Below are positions 56,977-64,000 of a stretch of 64,000 nt of DNA, in pieces. The notes under the pieces were generated by a model. The model was not told the origin of the DNA and searched no databases. It worked only from the letters and a program-made list of their open reading frames with translations. Numbering within the stretch: position 1 is the first letter of the stretch; each line of letters begins with the position of its first letter. The stretch is from a virus (lineage: Duplodnaviria > Caudoviricetes), in the IMG/VR virus record IMGVR_UViG_2883843030_000002, positions 16,370 through 80,369 of that record, one strand, 5' to 3'. The position numbers and the translations under genes are program-made.

Positions 56977-57720
56977 TTATATTGCGGGTTTAAACTTTAT
57001 CCCATGCCGTATGGCATTTTCCTCTATTTTGGGGTGTCGCATTTCCTCTGTTGGATAAAAATACAAATTATGGTCTTCAGGACACTCGATGTAGCCTTTC
57101 TTACGTAGGTTGTATCTGACACTTATTTTGCTTTTTGACTGTTTTACAAATCTGAATTTAGTTCGCTGTTCAAAGCCCCATACCAGGGTTCTCCTTCTGT
57201 CTTTATCATAAGTTTCTCGCCATGAAGCTTGTCTCTTTTTTTGACATTCCGCATACTTCTTAGGGGAAAGTCGGTCGCGATTGCTTTGACCTGGCTGGAA
57301 ACGATTCTTGCTCGCATTTGGTATTATATATCCTTTCGGCGGGTATGTGCCATTTTTCTTATGGCTTTCGGCTGCCGCTTGCTGAGCTGCGTCCTGCGTC
57401 TTTCTCATAAACTGCCGCGTCTTGCTCAATCCATTTTCTCTTGCAATACGGTGTAGCATAGAATGGCTTATGCCAAACTTTCTCATTATTTCCTCATTGC
57501 GAGTATGCTTAAAATGATTGATAATCCAAACTATTTCTTTTTCGGTGAGATCTCTATTGCGAGGCGTTACTCGAGGGATTGGCTTTCCATATAGCTTATG
57601 CTCCAGAGATTTGCACGAACGGCCGATTCTAACAGCAATTTCGCATAGAGGTAATCCTAGATTCTTCAGTCTATGGAGTTCCTTAATTTCGTCTTGCGAC
57701 CATATTCTATTCTTTGACAT
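56977..57720 (-). CDS. Basic DNA-binding protein with tandem HTH-like repeats
   Basis: WSQDEIKEL...IAVRIGRS; LTEKEIVWI...FGISHS. Confidence 0.6.
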   Translation of the reverse strand: MSKNRIWSQDEIKELHRLKNLGLPLCEIAVRIGRSCKSLEHKLYGKPIPRVTPRNRDLTEKEIVWIINHFKHTRNEEIMRKFGISHSMLHRIARENGLSKTRQFMRKTQDAAQQAAAESHKKNGTYPPKGYIIPNASKNRFQPGQSNRDRLSPKKYAECQKKRQASWRETYDKDRRRTLVWGFEQRTKFRFVKQSKSKISVRYNLRKKGYIECPEDHNLYFYPTEEMRHPKIEENAIRHGIKFKPAI

Positions 57721-57736
57721 AAAGGCTTGCTTTGAT

Positions 57737-58135
57737 TTATATGAAAATTTCCGGAAACATTCTCTTCAATGTAGAATGATTGGGAGCATACGAGGAATAA
57801 GAGGATGTCGACTCAATCAGCCGGAACCGATAGTTGTCATACGTCTTGCAACAATATTCCTCTTTATACATCACTCCTTGCATATCTACTGTACTATATC
57901 TGCCTCTTGACTTCTTTACATCAGATTCATCGACCTCAACCGTAATGCACACATCGAAATCTACAATTCCCGATAACCAATGCTTTGCTTCCTCTGGATC
58001 TTCCTTGAAAAAACAAAAGCCTACCGACGTGGAAGCACCGCCTCTTTTCACACTATGGTCCGTGTTATTCACAAGCAAGTCGCCACGCTGGAAGGCTTCA
58101 AATTCTTTGGCAGAACAAAATCTATGAAGTATCAT
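57737..58135 (-). CDS. Hypothetical phage protein (STSVGFCFF family)
   Basis: 132 aa. Confidence 0.6.
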   Translation of the reverse strand: MILHRFCSAKEFEAFQRGDLLVNNTDHSVKRGGASTSVGFCFFKEDPEEAKHWLSGIVDFDVCITVEVDESDVKKSRGRYSTVDMQGVMYKEEYCCKTYDNYRFRLIESTSSYSSYAPNHSTLKRMFPEIFI

Positions 58136-58398
58136 AATTTCTTATCTTGTGGAAATTCATTGAACCTACGACAAATTTCTTCGCCTAACTTACAGGCATC
58201 TTCATAAGTTTCTCTGAAATCGACGTATAGTCCAGATGAATACAGCTTTATTTCTCCAATTGGTATGTTCCATCCGCAATCGGGTTCCTTCACACATAGA
58301 AGAATTTCACCATGATTATCAGAAGGGACTAAGACAAGCGAGCTTTCCTTCGTATCGAAGCTACCCGACACAAACTTTATTTTAGGAGTTATTTCCAT
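58132..58398 (-). CDS. Hypothetical phage protein (LGEEICRRFN)
   Basis: 88 aa. Confidence 0.6.
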   Translation of the reverse strand: MEITPKIKFVSGSFDTKESSLVLVPSDNHGEILLCVKEPDCGWNIPIGEIKLYSSGLYVDFRETYEDACKLGEEICRRFNEFPQDKKL

Positions 58399-59047
58399 TT
58401 TCTACGAGTGATATTTTCCTGTCGACCTTGACATCAACAGCAGCCATAATTATTATATCGATATTGGGTTCTAACTGAAATCTGGCCGGAGTGCAAGACT
58501 TAGGTAGATGTAGAATTTTAATAGAATCAAGACCAAGAGCATGCGCGGCCTCAGCCATTATTATTAGTTCATTGTTGCGGAAAGCCACTCCATTGATTGA
58601 AGTGTAAAGCCATTCGCGATAGAAATTCTTAGTCTTAACTTTACCATATCCATTGCAGATAGGACAATCAAAATATTTCTGATGTTCCTCTCCGTCCGAG
58701 TCTTCATAGGTCCACTCAACTTCGCCATTTCCTTCACATTCATCACACTCAGCAGCTTTACCTTCTACGCGACGTTCTTCACATTGGGGTATGCTTTTAA
58801 ATGTTTCCACAAGCACACTGATAGGCAATTCAATATCACAAGTTGATTCAGGGAATTGCGGCAAGTTTTTAGGTGAATCTACGGGTTCATACACTCGTTT
58901 CAAGTCGTTATATGGAACACGCACCATAATAGTACGATTTGTAGCATATACAAATCCCTCCCTATAAAAAGGCTTCTTGATACTTTCGGGCCACTCAAAC
59001 GTGTTTACAAACCGATTGAGAAATTTCTCTTCGTCTTTCATCTTCAA
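58382..59047 (-). CDS. Beta-clamp-like protein with DnaJ-type zinc finger insert
   Basis: VYATNR; CDECEGNG...CPICNGYG; IIIMA near the C-terminus. Confidence 0.5.
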   Translation of the reverse strand: MKMKDEEKFLNRFVNTFEWPESIKKPFYREGFVYATNRTIMVRVPYNDLKRVYEPVDSPKNLPQFPESTCDIELPISVLVETFKSIPQCEERRVEGKAAECDECEGNGEVEWTYEDSDGEEHQKYFDCPICNGYGKVKTKNFYREWLYTSINGVAFRNNELIIMAEAAHALGLDSIKILHLPKSCTPARFQLEPNIDIIIMAAVDVKVDRKISLVENGNNS

Positions 59048-59226
59048 GTAATTATGAATTGAACATTGAGATAGAACTCACGTTGAAGTCGAACAATTTG
59101 CACATAGTCTTCCACTCTCTCGCCATACGGAAGAAAGATAACACGTTCTTTGGTATTTACGCGAATTCCTTTTTTCCGTAGGCGATAGATTAGACAGTGG
59201 GCTGCTGTACAAAGAGGCTTTGGCAT
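59044..59226 (-). CDS. Small basic phage protein (YRLRKKG...TKER)
   Basis: 60 aa. Confidence 0.55.
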   Translation of the reverse strand: MPKPLCTAAHCLIYRLRKKGIRVNTKERVIFLPYGERVEDYVQIVRLQREFYLNVQFIIT

Positions 59227-59229
59227 CTA

Positions 59230-59931
59230 TCAGCGGACTACCTCCCAGTCTTTAGCGAAGACATCACTGATTGACGGCACCCAAGAATCAGCACGGCCGG
59301 TGGTGTCATTATAGATCAGGCATTGACTGGTATAGTCGATAACCTCTTTACCTTCCATAATGAAGTCTTTTGCGGCTTGAGGAAGGGATTGCATATTGGG
59401 GATAGTCTCTGACGTGATATGGGTCGGCACCTGCTTGAAAACCACAAGACCTTTACCATTCCAACCTTCACGGCGAAGAACAAAGCCTTTTTCAAGCAGA
59501 GTAATAGCGATACCGAAAGAGAAGTAACCCATACCGCCTTCCCCCGTTTCCATAAGCGTAGTACGAGTTGCAAGGAGATTCATGTAGTCTCCCATTGCAA
59601 CATTCTGGGCTACCAAGAGTGCCCGGATATCGGTTCCGCAACTGTTGAACTTGTCGCTCCTAATGAACGCATTGAGGTTACCACTTTTCTTAGCAAGCTC
59701 ATCGTACTCGATATGCATTCTTTCGACAGGAGTGTCGGCGAGCCGGTAGAGATTTTCAAAAACCTCTTTGGGAAGCCATCCCTTGTCTTTAGAATCATCC
59801 TGCATGAGGTAACCTTCACTTTCGCTCAGTTCCTCGACGTAAGCAGAAGGAGGAATAATACCCTCCTTGAAAGCCTCTCCATAGGTCATAGGTTTGGCTT
59901 GCACTTCTTCGATTCCAATATACTGTTTCAT
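59230..59931 (-). CDS. Multidomain anti-defence sponge candidate with C-terminal DUF2829/Tad2-like domain
   Basis: FSFGIAITLLEKG..LRREGWNGKG...WVPSISDVFAKDW; central helical hairpin; N-terminal KQYIG...PM...GY...W.PKEVFE. Confidence 0.75.
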   Translation of the reverse strand: MKQYIGIEEVQAKPMTYGEAFKEGIIPPSAYVEELSESEGYLMQDDSKDKGWLPKEVFENLYRLADTPVERMHIEYDELAKKSGNLNAFIRSDKFNSCGTDIRALLVAQNVAMGDYMNLLATRTTLMETGEGGMGYFSFGIAITLLEKGFVLRREGWNGKGLVVFKQVPTHITSETIPNMQSLPQAAKDFIMEGKEVIDYTSQCLIYNDTTGRADSWVPSISDVFAKDWEVVR

Positions 59932-59971
59932 GTGATTTTTGATTGGAGTTTAATTAGCCGCTCCAGGGCTG

Positions 59972-60268
59972 TTATAGTTGAAATAATTTTTTGAACCACG
60001 CAAACCGCTCATCCTCAAACCAAGTGTCGCGAGGGTCCGGAGTGTTATTTTGAATAAATTCGTTATAGCATTTAGGGCAAAACCACTGATCAAGTACTGC
60101 AACGTAATAGCCCGTTTTCGACTTAGACATACAACTGTCGCAGACTCCTATAGACCCTAATGGTCCTAATTTATCCATAAGTTCAGTTCGACTCACTTCT
60201 GCGACCTTGAAGCCAGCAGCTTCACTTACTATCTGTGCCATATCAGAGGAATATAGAAAGACAGGCAA
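59972..60268 (-). CDS. Zn-finger phage protein (CDSC...YYVAVL..WFCPKC)
   Basis: 98-aa frame. Confidence 0.6.
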   Translation of the reverse strand: MPVFLYSSDMAQIVSEAAGFKVAEVSRTELMDKLGPLGSIGVCDSCMSKSKTGYYVAVLDQWFCPKCYNEFIQNNTPDPRDTWFEDERFAWFKKLFQL

Positions 60269-60686
60269 CGAGCCAACCAGAAAGAGCTATGAGTGCATAG
60301 GCATAATTCCACTTAGCTTGATTGTTCATTCTCTTGTTGTACTTGTTTATTGTGTCGACGTCGATCTTATATCGTGTCCGGATTTGATTTTCCAGCCACT
60401 TCTCAACGTGCTTGCTAATCTTTCGGCAGGCATCATAAGATACGGCGTACTTTACTTTATCGAATCCTTGCCCGGTGTCATAGTAAGAAGAGGATATATA
60501 TACAACCGGCTTTATGTGGAACACATCTTCCCAATCTCTTCCGATATCGAGTTTAAGGTCTATAGATAGTTTGGAGTGCTCCTCTATACCTCGCGCAATT
60601 TCGGCTTCCATTGCGGCGCAGGTCATTTCAGCCTCTTTCTTGAGTTGCTGATACTCGTACTCTGTGAGCTGAACTATTTTATTCAT
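60243..60686 (-). CDS. Hypothetical protein with C-terminal TM helix
   Basis: 147 aa. Confidence 0.6.
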   Translation of the reverse strand: MNKIVQLTEYEYQQLKKEAEMTCAAMEAEIARGIEEHSKLSIDLKLDIGRDWEDVFHIKPVVYISSSYYDTGQGFDKVKYAVSYDACRKISKHVEKWLENQIRTRYKIDVDTINKYNKRMNNQAKWNYAYALIALSGWLVACLSIFL

Positions 60687-60873
60687 GGTATTTATTCCTT
60701 TTCATATCGAGTTTTGAGATTATCCAGTGCCTGATTTGGCCCCACGCTATCAGAATATTCACGCAGATACTTTCAAGTATCGTTACCGGGAGTAGAATTG
60801 GCAAAAGGACAATCGATAGCAGAGACGCGATTACGCGCCCCCACATAATTGTAAACTTAGGTCTTCGTTTCAT
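60679..60873 (-). CDS. Small membrane protein
   Basis: 64 aa, hydrophobic. Confidence 0.5.
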   Translation of the reverse strand: MKRRPKFTIMWGRVIASLLSIVLLPILLPVTILESICVNILIAWGQIRHWIISKLDMKRNKYHE

Positions 60874-61670
60874 TTTCCTTTGAAGATATTATATGATGAT
60901 TCAACGAAATGAGCTGGTAATGCTGAACGGTCAATGCCTAGGAAATCGACGAAACTATCTTTTAGGTAGAATTTACTTCCGCGAGTATCGTCTTTCAACA
61001 TTTCGTACAAGAATTGCACACCGTCTTCATTGTATTCTTTCTTTCCACTCAACAATCCTATTTTCAGAAGATCGCACCACCCAGAAAGAGCATTTATCAT
61101 GGCAAATGATGCGTCTATTTTTACGATAGGCTCAATGCTGGCAAAAACTTTATAACCTTCCTTATGAAGCTCAAGCATCTTCTTCACTCGCTCGATGTTA
61201 GGCGAGGCATAAGGCTCCAAATTATCGCAGCCCGTCAATGTGAATCCGAAGGCTAACAACTCTTTGGCTTTCTCAGGCTTGGGAATGGTTATCTCCAGTT
61301 CCCAATCGGCTCTCTTCGTAAGAATCTGCACAGGTATATCGAGAACCAAACAAGCTCTGACGGCGGCTTTAGTGAGTCCTATTGTTTCGGGCAACATAGG
61401 GTCTGTTGTAAAACTGAAGAGTAAGCCATTTTGCTGAAGTTCGACCAAATTCTTTGATGCCTCTTCGATAAATACCCGCAGCGCATTTTCTTCGTTTTTG
61501 AAACACTTTTTCAAATATGGAGTTGTGGCCCATACATGGCTCAATACGCCTCGCTTGCAATAACAATACTGACAACCATTTGAGCAACCATTATAGAAAT
61601 TGCAAGCCCACGCCGAATACTCTCTAGCTTTGCCTTTTGGCTGATATATTGCTTTTCCGTTGAAACTCAT
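60870..61670 (-). CDS. Radical SAM protein
   Basis: GCSNGCQYCYC (CxxxCxxC); TTDP, ILTK, SIEP; start MSFNGK. Confidence 0.85.
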   Translation of the reverse strand: MSFNGKAIYQPKGKAREYSAWACNFYNGCSNGCQYCYCKRGVLSHVWATTPYLKKCFKNEENALRVFIEEASKNLVELQQNGLLFSFTTDPMLPETIGLTKAAVRACLVLDIPVQILTKRADWELEITIPKPEKAKELLAFGFTLTGCDNLEPYASPNIERVKKMLELHKEGYKVFASIEPIVKIDASFAMINALSGWCDLLKIGLLSGKKEYNEDGVQFLYEMLKDDTRGSKFYLKDSFVDFLGIDRSALPAHFVESSYNIFKGK

Positions 61671-61675
61671 ATCAT

Positions 61676-61960
61676 TTAATTTAGCGATATGCCCTTGCGC
61701 AGCTCGCGTTTTCGCATAATATTGACATAATCGCCAACCGCATCCACAAGCAGATTGGCGTAACACTGTTCCTGGAGCATCATGTTCACGAGCCCTCTTT
61801 TTAGTTTATTCGGATCGGTACATGAGAATACCTTTACCTTATCTTCTGCAGTAACAAGGGTGAACCAGTTGTCTGCAGAAATAAGCTCGTCGATAACCTT
61901 AGAGCGAAGTTTGTTTTTTTCGGAATTATATGCCATTATTTTGTCTGCCTGCCAGGGCAC
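61676..61960 (-). CDS. Hypothetical phage protein
   Basis: Likely start MAYNSE. Confidence 0.55.
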   Translation of the reverse strand: MPWQADKIMAYNSEKNKLRSKVIDELISADNWFTLVTAEDKVKVFSCTDPNKLKRGLVNMMLQEQCYANLLVDAVGDYVNIMRKRELRKGISLN

Positions 61961-62133
61961 GCTTTATCAAGTTTATTACTGATTTTATTTATGAGGATTC
62001 CCAGCATTCTGGCTTCGTTGATTTGCTTTGTTGACACTTGGTTTCTTGTCCCAAGAGCCTGTTTCAATTTGCATAAATGTTTACCAAGATGAAGGCAAAC
62101 TTGCTCTGCATCGGAATTAGACAACTGTATCAT
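61936..62133 (-). CDS. Hypothetical phage protein
   Basis: 65 aa. Confidence 0.5.
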   Translation of the reverse strand: MIQLSNSDAEQVCLHLGKHLCKLKQALGTRNQVSTKQINEARMLGILINKISNKLDKACPGRQTK

Positions 62134-62461
62134 TTCCTCGCAATTTTTTGATTACCCAATGGGCAAAGGCATCTTGGATTTGTGTTGCAGCCTCCGGAGA
62201 GCCAGCGAAACGGGTTAAAGCCCCCCAACCGCGCACAGTAAGGAACTTCTTGCCGTCTAAGAGAATTTCAGGAGCAGAATATGATAATTGAGGAATTTTG
62301 ACCGGCTTCTCTTCATCGTTAAGGATATGGCACATCCTTTTCAATAATGCGTCATTATCCCTCGATAAGTCGTTAGCCATTAAAGCCATATTCCCATTAT
62401 TCGACCAAACGAATACTCCATCAGAGTAAAATGGCGGCTCGTAGAATGAAAGGAAATCCAT
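62117..62461 (-). CDS. Hypothetical phage protein (VRGWG.LT family)
   Basis: 114 aa. Confidence 0.6.
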   Translation of the reverse strand: MDFLSFYEPPFYSDGVFVWSNNGNMALMANDLSRDNDALLKRMCHILNDEEKPVKIPQLSYSAPEILLDGKKFLTVRGWGALTRFAGSPEAATQIQDAFAHWVIKKLRGNDTVV

Positions 62462-62466
62462 AGCGA

Positions 62467-62667
62467 CTATTGTTCTACTTCACAGAACCCCTGCGAAAGC
62501 AGATGGTCGTAGAGAGTGTGAACGGTGAGCCGTTCCGGATGCGACCAACCTTGCACTACAAAATATTCAACGGCATAGACATCAGGGGAAACATAAGGAT
62601 ATGCCACTCTTATTTCTTTACGGAGTTGTTCCGCTACTTTTATTTGCTCAGGGGTTAGAGTCTCCAT
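62467..62667 (-). CDS. Hypothetical protein, first gene after promoter cassette 5
   Basis: 66 aa. Confidence 0.6.
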   Translation of the reverse strand: METLTPEQIKVAEQLRKEIRVAYPYVSPDVYAVEYFVVQGWSHPERLTVHTLYDHLLSQGFCEVEQ

Positions 62668-62683
62668 TTTTTTCGTTATTCGT

Positions 62684-62779
62684 TTTTTTGATTGTTTTTA
62701 TCTTATTTGCATACACAAAGATAATCATAAATAATCATATATGCAAGTTTTTGCGGGTTTATTTTAATCAAATCTGCAA
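62684..62779 (-). promoter_or_regulatory. Promoter/operator cassette copy 5
   Basis: Boxes at 62700, 62734, 62767; TATCTTTG. Confidence 0.8.
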
Positions 62780-62793
62780 ATTCTGATGTATGC

Positions 62794-63546
62794 CTAATCA
62801 TTTTGATTGTCGGTTGAATCAATTCTTTTTGCCACCTGACAGAAATACGGATGTGTTCTGACTTCTTCTTTCTTGTCTTCTGGAAGTTTCCTATACCAAT
62901 CATCGAAAGAAATGCTATTTTTGAGGTTTTCTTCGTATTCGCGTTCGCGTTCCTCTTTTTCTTTAGCCTCGGCTTCTTTCCATATTTCATCGCGCCTATC
63001 TGAGCAAAAAGCATCCAGAGATTTCAGTATTCTCATTGGGTCGACTGAGCCATAGAAATCTTCGTACCGCCCGGACCGAAGCCGTGCGCAGAACAGAATA
63101 AACTCAAAGAGATTAAGATAACCATACTCCAAACGGATTTGGATAGCAAGCTCATCCAACTGCATATCGCTTAGTTTGGCTTTGACTCCCGCAAACTCAT
63201 TAACTTGGAGTAGTTGATCCTGTATCCATTTCACGGCTACATCCTCATCATATGCCTGAGCAAGGTGAACTATTGCCGGAATGTTCTTGGCTTGATGTGC
63301 GCCCAAAATTGTGGGAAACGCAGCCATAATGCCGGCTTGTAATGTCGGATTATACGCTTTCGCCACCTGAGAGGGCAGGTAGTTCTTCATAAGAGACATC
63401 GCTAACGGACTCACGCCTTTCAAGGTATCGTCTGTCTGCCTCTTCGATATCTGCGAGGATAGAAGCCCGTTGACGATAACTGTCAGAGATGTCGGCTCCG
63501 ATTGCCGACCGTCCTTGCGTTGTCGGGGTATTAGTGATTCTGCCAT
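62794..63546 (-). CDS. DUF6633-like replication-associated protein
   Basis: YGYLNLFEFILFC.R.RSGRY..FYGSVDP; start uncertain because it overlaps the upstream gene. Confidence 0.65.
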   Translation of the reverse strand: MAESLIPRQRKDGRQSEPTSLTVIVNGLLSSQISKRQTDDTLKGVSPLAMSLMKNYLPSQVAKAYNPTLQAGIMAAFPTILGAHQAKNIPAIVHLAQAYDEDVAVKWIQDQLLQVNEFAGVKAKLSDMQLDELAIQIRLEYGYLNLFEFILFCARLRSGRYEDFYGSVDPMRILKSLDAFCSDRRDEIWKEAEAKEKEEREREYEENLKNSISFDDWYRKLPEDKKEEVRTHPYFCQVAKRIDSTDNQND

Positions 63547-64000
63547 TGGTATCTAATTTTGATCGATTTCTTATTTCTGAAATGATGTTGTTGTACTGGC
63601 TATTTATGGTCGTCACAGAGAAGTTGTCCATAACCCAGCTTTTGTTGATTGTTTCAAGGAACTTACTTAGAGCGTCGAGAATTGAGTCGTCATCAACTGG
63701 AAGGGGATTTTCCCTATGCTGTCGACTGTATGAAATTTTTTGGAGAAGCTGTTTCATATTTGCACCATCTTTTGCTGTCCAATAGTACGGATTCTGATAT
63801 AGCTGCTGGAAATGGCTTTCAAAGACTACTCTGGCTCGAGCCACGATGGTGGGATTTTTTTTCGCCCTCTCTTTTTGGGGCTTTGATGTTTTTTTAGACT
63901 TCCCTTTTTTCTCAACCCCAGCACTCTCCGCGCGCGTAAGAAGGCAAGAAGATTTATCTTCTTGCACGTCTCCGTCAGGAGACGTAACTTGTATATATAT
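63350..64000 (-). CDS. Putative phage replication initiator, C-terminal part (5' end outside window)
   Basis: Frame open to the window edge; YYWTAKD...INSQYN.I; upstream of the DUF6633-like gene. Confidence 0.55.
   Translation of the reverse strand: MYIQVTSPDGDVQEDKSSCLLTRAESAGVEKKGKSKKTSKPQKERAKKNPTIVARARVVFESHFQQLYQNPYYWTAKDGANMKQLLQKISYSRQHRENPLPVDDDSILDALSKFLETINKSWVMDNFSVTTINSQYNNIISEIRNRSKLDTNGRITNTPTTQGRSAIGADISDSYRQRASILADIEEADRRYLERRESVSDVSYEELPALSGGESV

Larger units (their letters stand above)
1..64000 (-). mobile_element. Bacteroidales tailed phage/prophage segment (ends not in window)
   Basis: Terminase, portal, capsid, Clp protease, tape measure and tail genes plus dense small phage ORFs; no host housekeeping genes; no integrase or att site seen. 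Confidence 0.95.

Noticed and set aside
63966-63985. Inverted repeat acgtctcc-gtca-ggagacgt as a replication origin
   Set aside because: Lies within a coding frame at the window edge; no iterons visible, so it cannot be supported
11250-64000. Second VR target, tRNA genes, integrase or att sites
   Set aside because: None recognised by eye; they may lie outside the window or need a computational scan

Overview
This window is part of a large tailed (siphovirus-like) phage or prophage of a Bacteroidales host, judged from TAnnTTTG promoters and typical Bacteroidales phage gene families. Almost all genes lie on the minus strand. In transcription order (right to left) it holds: replication and early genes (54.8-64 kb), including a Tad2/DUF2829-type sponge fusion and a radical SAM enzyme; a module of two ParB-like genes, a ParB-methyltransferase and a Cys-rich protein (51.2-54.6 kb); small terminase, SNF2 helicase, two XRE regulators and large terminase; tail genes and tape measure (38.5-47.2 kb); a 21 kb island of small accessory genes driven by repeated promoter cassettes, each with three operator-like boxes (17-38 kb); the head module (Clp protease, capsid, tail tube, portal, adaptor); and a diversity-generating retroelement (DGR). 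In the DGR, the C-terminal variable repeat (3103-3220) of a 2729-aa fibre-like target differs from the template repeat (2817-2934) only at adenines, and a YCDD/GxxxSQ reverse transcriptase follows. The DGR has no visible avd gene, its RT carries a fused C-terminal domain of about 110 aa, and its target contains a CotH-kinase-like domain. All family calls come from motif recognition; no searches were run.
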